IMG/VR virus record: IMGVR_UViG_2919367315_000003
Span: 94,134-158,133 of that record
Source of the DNA: a virus
Taxonomy: Duplodnaviria > Heunggongvirae > Uroviricota > Caudoviricetes
Reading direction: 5' to 3' (one strand)
DNA length: 64,000 nucleotides
Below, one piece after another: positions 26,596 to 36,489 of this stretch. The position numbers were made by a program, and so were the translations under genes. Each line of letters begins with the position of its first letter. The stretch's first letter is position 1. The notes under the pieces are model-generated. The model was not told the origin of the DNA, searched no databases, and saw only the letters and a program-made list of their open reading frames with translations.

Positions 26596-28095
26596 GTGCC
26601 AGATTGGAAAGAAAAACTGAGCAAGGAAATAGTTGCAGCAGAGGGTTATTTAACAGGACTTTTTTGGAGAAATCCCGATAATTATAATTTCTATGCAGAA
26701 GAAAAGATCAATTATAAGTCGTTTATGAATCCTGTTTATGGATACTATTTTACACTGGGCAGAAAATTGAGTGAAAAAGGGATTAAAGTATTTGATGATA
26801 TATCTGTTTCTCAAATTGTTAACGAAACTAATACCTCGAAAAATTATGATTTATTCGGTGGTTTTGAGACTATTAATGAACTAGCGTCTGAGGTAAGAAA
26901 CAAAGAAGATAATCTTGATGCCTACTACAGAGAAATTAAAAAGTATAACTTGATAAGCAAATTGATTGAATATTTTGGTGAACGAGTAATCACAGATAAT
27001 GGAAAATATAATTATAAGAAAATGAGCAAAGAACAATTACATACATATTGGAATGACAAAATACTTCAGCTTGGGATGGACGGCGATAATAAATATGATG
27101 AACATTTCTTATTAGAGGGGCTAGACGAAGAAATTTTAGATTGGGATGAAAACCCTACAGTAGGACTTCCATTTTATGAAAGTAAACGAATGACAAAGAT
27201 TACAACAGGATGGGATCGTGGACATGTCTATATGTACGGTGGATTCGGAGGTAGCGGAAAAACAAGTTTAACGGTTAATAAAGTGTTGATGTCGTGTATA
27301 CAGCACAAGGAAAAACTTTTGGTCATAGCTAACGAACAATCAATTTCTGAGTTCAAAAAGGCTCTGATTGTTACAGCTATGGGTGTAGGAACAAAAGAAT
27401 ATGTAGATAGACAAAAACTTAACGAAGGTAATTTTTCTCCAGAAGAAAAGGAAAAACTAAGAAAGGCAGTAGCGTGGGTAAAAAATCTTTGCGAAGGCGA
27501 TGAAAAACTTATTACTTTTGTCTTCATGGAGAATTACATTATGGACGATGTTAAGAAGCTAATTAAGCATTATGCAGCAAGAGAAATCTATAGACTGATC
27601 ATTGACACTGGCAAGCCTTCTGAGGGCGATGCAAGTATGGCTAGATGGGAAAGATTTGTGGAAGATATGAAGACAATATATAAGCTTGCTAGACCAAATG
27701 GTGGAGGATTGAACCTTGCAGTCTGGGTAAATGTTCAGTTAGCAGATACCGCATTAAAAATGAGATTTTTAAATGAATATGCATTAGGCGATGGAAAGAA
27801 AATTAAGAATGAAGCATCTGTATTGATTTTAGGTAGATTTATGTGGGATGACGAATACGAAGGCGGTAAACATGAACTACTCATAAATCAATGGGATGAC
27901 TTTACTAACTCATACATAGAAAAACCAATGAAAAGAGAAAAAGGAATTCAGTATTATTTATTGTTTTATAGTAAAAATAGACGTGGCGCTGACAACAAGA
28001 CTGGGCAAAAAGTGCTTGTGTTGAAGCCATATTTCGGTATTAACACATGGTATGAGGTAGGATTCACAACAGTGTATGACGACCATAACTATTAA
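26596..28095 (+). CDS. DnaB-like replicative DNA helicase (YorI-like)
   Basis: Walker A GGFGGSGKTS, RecA-like C-terminal domain, about 500 aa. Confidence 0.7.
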   Translation: MPDWKEKLSKEIVAAEGYLTGLFWRNPDNYNFYAEEKINYKSFMNPVYGYYFTLGRKLSEKGIKVFDDISVSQIVNETNTSKNYDLFGGFETINELASEVRNKEDNLDAYYREIKKYNLISKLIEYFGERVITDNGKYNYKKMSKEQLHTYWNDKILQLGMDGDNKYDEHFLLEGLDEEILDWDENPTVGLPFYESKRMTKITTGWDRGHVYMYGGFGGSGKTSLTVNKVLMSCIQHKEKLLVIANEQSISEFKKALIVTAMGVGTKEYVDRQKLNEGNFSPEEKEKLRKAVAWVKNLCEGDEKLITFVFMENYIMDDVKKLIKHYAAREIYRLIIDTGKPSEGDASMARWERFVEDMKTIYKLARPNGGGLNLAVWVNVQLADTALKMRFLNEYALGDGKKIKNEASVLILGRFMWDDEYEGGKHELLINQWDDFTNSYIEKPMKREKGIQYYLLFYSKNRRGADNKTGQKVLVLKPYFGINTWYEVGFTTVYDDHNY

Positions 28096-28110
28096 TCAGG
28101 GGGAGGTTTT

Positions 28111-29178
28111 GTGTCTGATAGTCTTAAGCAACTAAAAGAGAAAATATATGATGAAGGCACAATAGGACAATTATTAGATGAATTAGGCTGTACAGATGTG
28201 AGAATCAATTCAGGCCGAACTGGAGACGATTTGGTTACAGCAAGGTTGCCGGGGTCTAGTAATCCTCGTGGCGCACAAATTTACTTAAGTGAAAATCTCC
28301 ATACTGAACTTGTAGGGGAAGGAATTAGCGGCGATATTTACAGTCTGGTGGGTTTCATTTTATATAATTGTATAAGTTTTGACGATGTGAGAAGTAATCT
28401 TTTTCAAATAAAAACATATATATGCAATGCTTTAGGATATGAACATACAGGAAATGACTTTACAAAAGAAAAACAAAAAACCGATTGGAATTGGTGGCTC
28501 AGAGATATACAAAAGAAGCGCCCAAAAGAATATGAAATTACAGAAAATATTGTTTTGTCACAGGATATTTTACGAGAATTTGTACCATATGGGTGGGAAG
28601 GTTGGTATCAGGAAGGGATTGATGTTTTAACTCAAAGAGATTTTGGTATTGGCTATCATATTCCAACTGATAGAGTATCTATACCCATTCACAATAGTAG
28701 GGGTGAACTTATTGGAGTCAAAGGTCGTTACGTTGGCTCCAATAAGGAAATAAAAGAAAATAAGAAGTATTCCTATATATACTCATGCAGTAAATCCATT
28801 GAAATTTTCAATATGCATCGCGCATTGCCATATATAAAAAAACAAAAAAAAGTATATGTGTTTGAAGGTGCTAAGAGTGTCATGACTATGTGGGCGTGGG
28901 GAATCAAGAATGCTGTGTCCATTGAAGGAGATAGATTGTCTCCAGTCCAATCTAAATTATTGAAGGAGTTAGGAATAGATATTGACCTAGTTTTTTCATG
29001 GGATAAAGGGAAGGACGAGGATTTTGTAAATAATCAACTAAGACAGATCAAGGGGAGACGGGTGTTTTATCTTTATGATAACACTGATCGATTTAAAGAT
29101 AAGATGTCGCCAGTTGATAGAGGACGAGAAGTATTTGAAGATTTAGAAACGAACGATAAACACATTTATTCTATCTAA
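28111..29178 (+). CDS. DNA primase, Toprim domain (DnaG-like, YorJ-like)
   Basis: Toprim-like segment YVFEGAKSVMTMWAWG...IEGD...DKGKDED; directly downstream of helicase. Confidence 0.6.
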   Translation: MSDSLKQLKEKIYDEGTIGQLLDELGCTDVRINSGRTGDDLVTARLPGSSNPRGAQIYLSENLHTELVGEGISGDIYSLVGFILYNCISFDDVRSNLFQIKTYICNALGYEHTGNDFTKEKQKTDWNWWLRDIQKKRPKEYEITENIVLSQDILREFVPYGWEGWYQEGIDVLTQRDFGIGYHIPTDRVSIPIHNSRGELIGVKGRYVGSNKEIKENKKYSYIYSCSKSIEIFNMHRALPYIKKQKKVYVFEGAKSVMTMWAWGIKNAVSIEGDRLSPVQSKLLKELGIDIDLVFSWDKGKDEDFVNNQLRQIKGRRVFYLYDNTDRFKDKMSPVDRGREVFEDLETNDKHIYSI

Positions 29179-29202
29179 GTAAAATATAGTTTTTATCTAA
29201 TT

Positions 29203-29227
29203 GGAGGCGTAAGAACCTCCTTTTTTA
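29203..29227 (+). terminator. rho-independent terminator GGAGG-cgtaagaa-CCTCC + T6
   Basis: sequence inspection. Confidence 0.55.
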
Positions 29228-29277
29228 TACTTCAAAATACTTTACTATATATAAATGAAAATAATGAAATAAAACTG

Positions 29278-29306
29278 TTGACTTATATTAAACAAATAAA
29301 TATAAT
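29278..29306 (+). promoter_or_regulatory. consensus sigma-A promoter TTGACT-17-TATAAT (AAACAAATAAATATAATGA family)
   Basis: perfect -10, near-perfect -35, 17-nt spacer; family members at 41340 and partial copy at 3089. Confidence 0.6.
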
Positions 29307-29335
29307 GAAAATATGAAACAGAGAGGGATGGTCAC

Positions 29336-29581
29336 ATGTCAAGTCATCAACTTGCCAGCTTAGAGCCGACAGAGGACTTAAGCATAGCAACTCATGTTTT
29401 TATCACTAAGAATTTATGTGGGGGATTAGATTTAACAGAGGGGGAGTTATATGTCTTAGGAAGGTGGGAATCTAGCATTAGCAGTATAGGTGAAGCTGAG
29501 TTGTTTATAGTAAATGATGCAGGGTTTGAATCGAGTTCGTTCATGATGTGCTCCAGAAAAGTATTCTATAGAATAAAATAA
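29336..29581 (+). CDS. hypothetical 81-aa ORF of atypical composition; alternatively a structured leader RNA
   Basis: ORF track; flanked by 10-bp inverted repeat ATGGTCACAT (29328-29337) / ATGTGACCAT (29647-29656). Confidence 0.25.
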   Translation: MSSHQLASLEPTEDLSIATHVFITKNLCGGLDLTEGELYVLGRWESSISSIGEAELFIVNDAGFESSSFMMCSRKVFYRIK

Positions 29582-29696
29582 CAATTCGATACATAGTAGA
29601 GGTTGATCGTAAAACCATTCATAGCTAACAACCTCTCAACTTGCTAATGTGACCATATAAAAGTTGGATTTTATCAAAAATAAAAGGAGTGAACAA

Positions 29697-30152
29697 ATGA
29701 CTAAAACAGCAAAGCAGGTTGTAGAAGTGGTAGAAAAAAAGAAGAATCTTAAATCATCAAGAGTTAATGTTTTTGGATTGACACATACATACGATGTGGA
29801 GCCGAGAATTGTCTATGTAGAAGCACCTTATTCTGTGGAAACGTTTGAAGTGATTTGTGCCTATATTCAATATGAGTGTGCAGAGATTGAGCAAAGTTTC
29901 TCTATGGATCAAGAAGATGTGATCAAAGTTTTGGAACAATTTTATGAGTGCAAGGCTATTAAAAAACAAATAAATGCTCATTATGGTGTTGATCTTTATG
30001 AAAACTGGGAGATATATTGCGGTCTAGCTGATCGAGTGCAAAGTGTTAAATTGTTAAAACGTAATGGATTGACTGAGCTACTCAATAAATTCGTTGAGGG
30101 TTTTTATCAAGCAAAACCAGAATGGAGACCAATTCAGGAGGAGGATAAATGA
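29697..30152 (+). CDS. hypothetical protein
   Basis: track 29664..30152 trimmed to ATG 29697 behind AAAAGGAGTGA. Confidence 0.45.
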   Translation: MTKTAKQVVEVVEKKKNLKSSRVNVFGLTHTYDVEPRIVYVEAPYSVETFEVICAYIQYECAEIEQSFSMDQEDVIKVLEQFYECKAIKKQINAHYGVDLYENWEIYCGLADRVQSVKLLKRNGLTELLNKFVEGFYQAKPEWRPIQEEDK

Positions 30153-30214
30153 TATTGAAACTGAGCATGGATTAGGCAAACTTCTTCAAGTGATTCTAGA
30201 TTCAGTAAAAAGAA

Positions 30215-30487
30215 TTGGAGATGGTGTATCTGAGATATGCAACAGTAAAAAAAGAGTTTCTGTCTTTATTCTTATATCAAGATGAGATAGAGGATGACTA
30301 TGTTGAAGTTGATGAAGATTGTCTATGTACATTTGATGAAGGAACGAAAGTAGAAATTCTAAAGGAAGTTCCAATTGGCGAATATGCGGAAGACCAAAAA
30401 AGCTATGTGATTTTCAACCCACTCAACAAAGAGAGCATCACATTAGCAGCCAGTTTCTTAGATTTTGATGAGCTTGAGGGAAAATAA
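30215..30487 (+). CDS. hypothetical acidic protein
   Basis: ORF track. Confidence 0.3.
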   Translation: MEMVYLRYATVKKEFLSLFLYQDEIEDDYVEVDEDCLCTFDEGTKVEILKEVPIGEYAEDQKSYVIFNPLNKESITLAASFLDFDELEGK

Positions 30488-30745
30488 AAGTTCGAGCAAT
30501 TTTAATAGATACATCCAAATTGGAAACTAAAAGAAGAGAAGACTATGAAAAAATGCGATTTTTTCACAATGAAGTAACGCATCAGGACATATTTATGGAC
30601 ACAGTTGTGGAAGTGATGAAAAAGATAGTTTTCACCAAGTTAATGCTTGTGCAACCCATTCTGCGAGCAAGGGATTTTTCTTCGATAAAGTAATCAACCA
30701 TACAGATAAAATTTGAATTTTACATAGAACGGAGGAAGTGATCCT

Positions 30746-30940
30746 TTGTGGAGAAAAATGTTTAAATTCTTTGGAGCAAAAGTTATTTATACAGTTGATT
30801 ATGATGGAGAGGTTAGAATTAGATTTGCTAATAAGCTCTCTTATGATAGATGGACCTGTTATGAGTTAGACAAGAAAGTAGTTTTATTTAAAGACGGTTC
30901 ATCTTCAGGGAAATATATAAAAAATTGGGGTTACCTATAA
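30746..30940 (+). CDS. hypothetical protein
   Basis: ORF track; ACGGAGGAAGTG RBS. Confidence 0.3.
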   Translation: MWRKMFKFFGAKVIYTVDYDGEVRIRFANKLSYDRWTCYELDKKVVLFKDGSSSGKYIKNWGYL

Positions 30941-30976
30941 AAGAAGAGTTTTACGGGAAGAGGAGGAGATAGATAT

Positions 30977-31258
30977 ATGATGATGGATGTTGTTGTAAAA
31001 ATACCTCAAGAGACAATAAGCAAAGCAAAAGAAGATATTGATAGTTTTAACTGTCTGAGAAAAGAATATAATTTTCAACTGATTAACGGAAAGTGGGAAG
31101 TCAGAACAACCTGTGGACGTTATGGAAATGGCTATGGTGTTGGTTACTCATGCAAAGAAAATTGTAAACTTAGAATTACCGACTTGGATAAATGTACAGA
31201 ATACACAGGGCAGCATGATTATAAATGTCTAATACAGCCTGAGTATTACTATAACTAA
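30977..31258 (+). CDS. hypothetical Cys-containing protein
   Basis: ORF track; GAGGAGGAG RBS. Confidence 0.4.
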   Translation: MMMDVVVKIPQETISKAKEDIDSFNCLRKEYNFQLINGKWEVRTTCGRYGNGYGVGYSCKENCKLRITDLDKCTEYTGQHDYKCLIQPEYYYN

Positions 31259-31271
31259 AAGGAGAATACAT

Positions 31272-31457
31272 ATGAACTTTAGACAAGCTAAAGAAGCAGT
31301 TATAGAGATGGAAAAAGCAATACACAACCTACAAATCATCAGTTGGGATGAGGTTTTTGAGGATATTCCAGAAAGTGAACAAATTGAAGATGATATTAGT
31401 AGTGACCTTGAAAAACTTCGAGATGGTATTGAAGATCTAAAGCAATTTTTTGAATAA
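31272..31457 (+). CDS. hypothetical acidic protein
   Basis: ORF track; AAAAGGAGAATACAT RBS. Confidence 0.35.
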   Translation: MNFRQAKEAVIEMEKAIHNLQIISWDEVFEDIPESEQIEDDISSDLEKLRDGIEDLKQFFE

Positions 31458-31725
31458 AAATATACTTTTACGAAACGATGTGATGATTTTGTTCAACGCA
31501 GACGACTTTCAAACTGTATCAAAGTTTGAATGGGAGAAATTCTTATATTGGCTTGATGAAGTAAATGCGTCGTATCAATGGATTCCCGTAACTATGGGGG
31601 ATAGAGTGAATATTAAAAACTCGATTAACGAACTTATTGCTTTTAAATATTTTCAATATGATGGTGACTATTACGCTATTAGAGCAGATGAATATAAGAA
31701 TTGGTCTCAGGCAAACAGCAAATAA
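31450..31725 (+). CDS. hypothetical protein
   Basis: ORF track. Confidence 0.4.
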   Translation: MNKNILLRNDVMILFNADDFQTVSKFEWEKFLYWLDEVNASYQWIPVTMGDRVNIKNSINELIAFKYFQYDGDYYAIRADEYKNWSQANSK

Positions 31726-31741
31726 AAGGAGAATAATACAT

Positions 31742-32317
31742 ATGACTAAAATTGCAATTGTAAAACACAACGGAAGTCAAACACCATACGCATTTTATAC
31801 TGACATTGATTTGAAAAAAGACGATTTAGTTGTTTGTGACACTCAAAATGGCTATGAAACAGGTAGAGTACTGAGAATTACGGATTCCAATCAAGGAGTT
31901 AAGCCTACAAGATGGATTGTGTCCAAGGTAGACACGAAGAGCCACTTAGAACGAGTAGAGAAAGAAAAACAGATTAGTTATCTAAAGCAACAAATTGATA
32001 TGAGAAGAAACGAATTTACAGATGAATATATTAATGAGTTGATTTCTTTGAAGGACAAAGCGATGTATTCTCTGCTAAAAGAGCTTGATGAGCTAACAAA
32101 CAAAAATAATACCAAGAACGAAATTGAACTAAAAGAATCATTTTATTTTAGAAATCAGAATGGATTCGAATATTATGCTACCAAAAAAGGAGATAAGTAT
32201 TCTATTGTACACGTTGATACTTTAGATACCTATGAAGTTAATGTAGAGACAGTAAAAAAATTTATCTCTAAAGGGGAATGGAGAATAATTAAGTATTATA
32301 AAGTGGGTATCTTTTGA
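31742..32317 (+). CDS. hypothetical protein
   Basis: track 31637..32317 trimmed to ATG 31742 behind AAAAGGAGAATAATACAT. Confidence 0.5.
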   Translation: MTKIAIVKHNGSQTPYAFYTDIDLKKDDLVVCDTQNGYETGRVLRITDSNQGVKPTRWIVSKVDTKSHLERVEKEKQISYLKQQIDMRRNEFTDEYINELISLKDKAMYSLLKELDELTNKNNTKNEIELKESFYFRNQNGFEYYATKKGDKYSIVHVDTLDTYEVNVETVKKFISKGEWRIIKYYKVGIF

Positions 32318-32367
32318 GGAGTGTGGAAGTAAAAACAAGATTTTATAAAAAGGAGTGATGGGTAACT

Positions 32368-32553
32368 ATGAACAATGAAATGAGTATGACAATAGAAAGT
32401 ATCTCAGTAATTGATAAGCAGATGAAAAAGATTGATAAAAAGATAAAAGAAGCCAGTAAAGGGTCAGTCGAATATGCCTTCTTGCTTAAAGAACAACTTA
32501 GATTGGCTCAAATGGAAATAAACATACTACGTCACAATATGAAGAATGGGTAA
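32368..32553 (+). CDS. hypothetical protein
   Basis: ORF track; AAAGGAGTGATGG RBS. Confidence 0.3.
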   Translation: MNNEMSMTIESISVIDKQMKKIDKKIKEASKGSVEYAFLLKEQLRLAQMEINILRHNMKNG

Positions 32554-32581
32554 AACTACTATTTTATATAAGGGTGGATTA

Positions 32582-32749
32582 TATGAATTTTAATCGTAAT
32601 GACGAAGACGGACAAGAATTTTTTATAAATGAAATTCAGTCTATACTAATGGCTCATGGATATGAAACAGAATGGACAACTACTGAAACCAATGTTAATC
32701 ATGGAGACTTTATTTTAGGTCTTAGATTTTTAAATATTATTAAGGATTA
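32582..32749 (+). CDS. small hypothetical protein (55 aa)
   Basis: manual; AAGGGTGGA RBS; not in track. Confidence 0.2.
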
Positions 32750-32773
32750 ACGGTGTATGGGGAGGAATAACAA

Positions 32774-33043
32774 ATGAAAGATAAACCATATAGATTTGTA
32801 ATTCAAGATGCGAAAACAGAGAAGTATCTCTTACATGTAGATTCAGGCATTGATCATCCGTATGAAGATGTTGATACCGCTGAAGAGGCGACAGCATGGA
32901 GTTCATTAGAACACGTTGCCTATGTATTGTGGTGGTATGTGGATATGCACAGGGAATACCAAATTGTTAACTTGGATACGAATGAGGTCTTTATAAAGGA
33001 TAAACAACGAGGAATCCCTCATGCGATGTCTGTATCAAAATAA
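32774..33043 (+). CDS. hypothetical protein
   Basis: ORF track; GGGGAGGAATAACAA RBS. Confidence 0.4.
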   Translation: MKDKPYRFVIQDAKTEKYLLHVDSGIDHPYEDVDTAEEATAWSSLEHVAYVLWWYVDMHREYQIVNLDTNEVFIKDKQRGIPHAMSVSK

Positions 33044-33056
33044 GGAGGTGATTAGG

Positions 33057-33221
33057 ATGGATGTTTTAGAAGAAATGCTTAATGGATATGGTATTTCAAC
33101 AAAAAACAGTGAGGGTAATTGGCGTGAGTTTGGTTCGATTATGCTGGAATTACAATATGCTTGGAAGCGACTTAGTGATACCGAAAAGGCAGAGATGTTG
33201 AATTGCATGGCATTAAACTAA
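33057..33221 (+). CDS. small hypothetical protein
   Basis: track 33021..33221 trimmed to ATG behind AAGGAGGTGATTAGG. Confidence 0.3.
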   Translation: MDVLEEMLNGYGISTKNSEGNWREFGSIMLELQYAWKRLSDTEKAEMLNCMALN

Positions 33222-33463
33222 CCTGAACTGGGGAGTGATTAGATATGGCTAATATCAAGATCATAAATAAACAGACAGGAAGGGAGAATAGGCATCTCAC
33301 TTACAATTTTATGAAGGCAATTAACAATAATATTAAAATTACACTACCTGAAAAATTCAAAATAAGTATTCAATAAATAGGAGAAAGGAGTGATTCAACC
33401 ATAGCTTGGAAGCAAAAGCAACCTAAAATTCCGTTTGAGTCTTACGACAATACATATAGTAAG

Positions 33464-35038
33464 TTGGCTAAAATTAATGGGATTGAAGATATTGATCAAT
33501 TTCTCAATCCATTATCGAATGTCATATGCGATTCATATTTACTTAAAAATATTGATCCATTAGTAACCCGAATTATTTTGGCAATACACAACCATGAAAC
33601 AATCACAATATCAGGAGATCCTGATTTTGACGGGGTAACATCGCTAGTAGAACTGTACAAGTACCTTAAAAATTTCACAGACGATGTACATTATGTATGC
33701 AATGAACGAAGCGAAGGTCACTCGATCAATAATTTAATTGATCAAATTCCTAAACGAACAAAGTTGTTTATTGCTGTAGATAGTTCAAGTAATGATACAG
33801 AATCGATGAAGGCATTGGTTGATAAAGGTATTGACTGCTTAATTATTGATCATCACACCATTACTAACGATAATCCCTATGCGATTATAGTGAATCCTCA
33901 GCAAGAAGGATGTAAATATCCAAATAAAAATGCTTGTGGTGGATTACTTGTGTTCAAAGTTTGCGAGGTAATTGATGATTACATGAATACACATTATGCA
34001 CATCAATTATCTGACTTGCCGGGATTTTCATTGATGGCAGACATGATGTCAATGATGGAGTTAGAGAATAGATATTTTGCGAAACTATCCTTGAAGGGAT
34101 TACGACATGCAGGATTAAAAGCGCTATTTTCAGCTATGAACTTTGACTTAAGCAACCTTTCTGCGACAGACTTTCTTTATGGTGTAAGCCCTGCTGTTAC
34201 AGCAGCCACGAGAGCAGACAATATTCAATTAGCAATAGATTTCTTAATGTGTGATGAAGAATCACCAGAGATTAAAACGATAGTAAAAGAATTGATCAAG
34301 TTAAATGAAAACCGTAAAGTTGTTCAAGCTGAAGCATTAGTTAGATTGAAGCCTTTGGTTAACGTAAATGACAAAGTTGTTATTGTTATTGATCATACTC
34401 TTGGAAAAGGGATGAATGGACTAGTAGCGCAAGAACTGTGCAGAACATATAGTAGGCCAGCAATTGTACTTGGCAATGGAGACAGTGAAGATACATATGC
34501 AGGAAGCTTTCGAGGTTTAGAAGATTTTTCAATGTTAGATATGCTTGGTGATTGCAATAACGTTATTCATACAGGTGGACATGATGGAGCTGGTGGACTT
34601 CAATTGTTGAAAAAAGACATTGAAGTATTACGTCAAGAGCTTAACGGAAAGCTTCAGAATTTTGTTGCAGATAATTCATTATATTATGACCTTGAATTTG
34701 ACATCAATCAGGTAAACGAAAATCTAATCAACTATCTTTCTGAATTCTATCGGATCACAGGCAATAAATTCAAACAGGGTAGATTTCTTATTAAAGGGTT
34801 GTTTGTATCAGATAAGAAGTTGATGGGCCAGTCCAACAACACCGTTAAAATTGACTGCGACAAGCTTCAGCTTATGAAGTTTAAGACTGACGTAAATTAC
34901 TATAAAAGTGTTCCAGTCTTTAGTGAGATTGAAGCAATTGGAACATTAAATATAAATGTATGGAAAGTTTATAGACCAAAATTCAAAGTTACCAAAACGC
35001 TCCAACTATTTATAGAAGACTACAGAGAAAATAAGTAA
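33464..35038 (+). CDS. RecJ-like DHH-family ssDNA exonuclease (YorK-like)
   Basis: motif I ISGDPDFDG, motif IIDHH, DHHA1-like C-terminal half; TTG start without clear RBS. Confidence 0.65.
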   Translation: MAKINGIEDIDQFLNPLSNVICDSYLLKNIDPLVTRIILAIHNHETITISGDPDFDGVTSLVELYKYLKNFTDDVHYVCNERSEGHSINNLIDQIPKRTKLFIAVDSSSNDTESMKALVDKGIDCLIIDHHTITNDNPYAIIVNPQQEGCKYPNKNACGGLLVFKVCEVIDDYMNTHYAHQLSDLPGFSLMADMMSMMELENRYFAKLSLKGLRHAGLKALFSAMNFDLSNLSATDFLYGVSPAVTAATRADNIQLAIDFLMCDEESPEIKTIVKELIKLNENRKVVQAEALVRLKPLVNVNDKVVIVIDHTLGKGMNGLVAQELCRTYSRPAIVLGNGDSEDTYAGSFRGLEDFSMLDMLGDCNNVIHTGGHDGAGGLQLLKKDIEVLRQELNGKLQNFVADNSLYYDLEFDINQVNENLINYLSEFYRITGNKFKQGRFLIKGLFVSDKKLMGQSNNTVKIDCDKLQLMKFKTDVNYYKSVPVFSEIEAIGTLNINVWKVYRPKFKVTKTLQLFIEDYRENK

Positions 35039-35070
35039 AAAAATACATATATGAACGGAGAAATATACAT

Positions 35071-35292
35071 ATGAAATTTTACGGAATCGCAGTAAACACA
35101 CAAAACAAAAGCGCGGTAATCAACAATCTACCAACTGACTATCTTGGAGCAGTGAAAGAAGCAAAACGTATCGCAATTAAACAAGGATTGAAGTATCAAT
35201 TTGTTAAGCCTGCCGTGAATGGACAAAAAGAAGGGGCAACGCTCACGAAATTTGCAGCACAGCGCAAGAATCGTAAGTCTGTAAAACGGTGA
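35071..35292 (+). CDS. hypothetical basic protein
   Basis: ORF track; AACGGAGAAATATACAT RBS. Confidence 0.35.
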   Translation: MKFYGIAVNTQNKSAVINNLPTDYLGAVKEAKRIAIKQGLKYQFVKPAVNGQKEGATLTKFAAQRKNRKSVKR

Positions 35293-35296
35293 TTTT

Positions 35297-35536
35297 ATGC
35301 GTATTAAAGTATCCGATCATGCGAGAACAAGATGTGAACAGAGTAATGTTGGAGTGGGTCGCCTCATTAAAGAGGTGGCTGCCATTCCTAATATTGTGGG
35401 AAAGATTAGCTGGAAGACTAAATTTGGAGTAATAGTTGTAGAGAGGGTTAATGAAGGATTGCTGCTTATCAAAACGTTTATTGCTCGATTTAAATATAGA
35501 GGTAAACAGTATCACAAAGGCTGTAGAACAATATAA
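35297..35536 (+). CDS. hypothetical protein
   Basis: ORF track. Confidence 0.35.
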   Translation: MRIKVSDHARTRCEQSNVGVGRLIKEVAAIPNIVGKISWKTKFGVIVVERVNEGLLLIKTFIARFKYRGKQYHKGCRTI

Positions 35537-35602
35537 GAGGAGCCTTATTTAGAAAACATATGTAAATGTAAATACAAGTTTGATTAAAAAGGAGAGTGTG
35601 AG

Positions 35603-35839
35603 TTGACTAGATTTTATCAAGAGGAAGTTGAAGATATTGACCGCCTATATGATGAGCAAATTCCTCTTCGGATCATAGCCGATACAGTTAACGAAGATTT
35701 TCATGATGGAAAAAATGCGCGAAACGCTAAATCGATCTCGTATGCAATACATAAATTCTATAACGATGGAGACGATTGGTTCGATAGATTGCCATTGAAA
35801 TTTGGCTCCAGAGAAATCAATAATGGGGTGAGCAAGTGA
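35603..35839 (+). CDS. hypothetical protein
   Basis: ORF track (TTG start); AAAAGGAGAGTGTGAG RBS. Confidence 0.35.
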   Translation: MTRFYQEEVEDIDRLYDEQIPLRIIADTVNEDFHDGKNARNAKSISYAIHKFYNDGDDWFDRLPLKFGSREINNGVSK

Positions 35840-36207
35840 GCACTAAAATACATAGAGTGTTTAAAATCAGAAATAAAAAAACCGGGCTTTTTTCACGAGG
35901 TGGAACCAGCACAATGAACCTTTGGAATAAAGAAGGTAAATCGTGGTCGAATATTGGTCATCTCAAAAACCACCTAAATCAATTCACAAATCGTTGGACT
36001 AATACTGATCCATATACCAATGCCGAAATTGTAGAGGTTGAAATTAACTATGATACGTGTATGAAGATGGATGTAAGTGTGTTATTTGATGAAATTAAAG
36101 CCAATAAAGCAAAGATTGAAGAGAAATATAGATTGCAGGCTCAAAAATGGAGAGAAGAGCAGGAAAGAAAGCAGCTAGAAGAACTAAAAATCAAGTATGA
36201 ATCTTAA
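35836..36207 (+). CDS. hypothetical protein
   Basis: ORF track; overlapping stop-start. Confidence 0.45.
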   Translation: MSTKIHRVFKIRNKKTGLFSRGGTSTMNLWNKEGKSWSNIGHLKNHLNQFTNRWTNTDPYTNAEIVEVEINYDTCMKMDVSVLFDEIKANKAKIEEKYRLQAQKWREEQERKQLEELKIKYES

Positions 36208-36247
36208 TGAAATAGTGGTTTTACATAAAGAGGAGAAGAAGAGATAA

Positions 36248-36445
36248 ATGATCAAGAACAGATATACGATCAAAAAAGATAATGATTACTATTATGTTTA
36301 TATGGAAGGTATTCGTAAACGTGATGATTATAGAATTCCCATACCTATGAAAACAGAGCTTGAAGCGATTATTTTGGCAAACTGTCTTGAATCAGAATAT
36401 CGTGCTGGATTCATTGAAGGAACAAGAAGTGAGAGTAATAAATAA
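36248..36445 (+). CDS. hypothetical protein
   Basis: ORF track; AGAGGAGAAGAAGAG RBS. Confidence 0.35.
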   Translation: MIKNRYTIKKDNDYYYVYMEGIRKRDDYRIPIPMKTELEAIILANCLESEYRAGFIEGTRSESNK

Positions 36446-36489
36446 AATAATGCTTTTACCCAAAAGATAAAACCAGAGAGGTTTTTTAT

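Noticed and set aside
27228-27527. minus-strand ORF inside DnaB-like helicase gene
   Set aside because: Shadow ORF within a conserved domain-bearing gene.
29336-29581. riboswitch identity for the inverted-repeat-flanked element
   Set aside because: No match by eye to the conserved cores of T-box, TPP, SAM, FMN, purine, c-di-GMP or glycine riboswitches. Left as an unclassified structured element.
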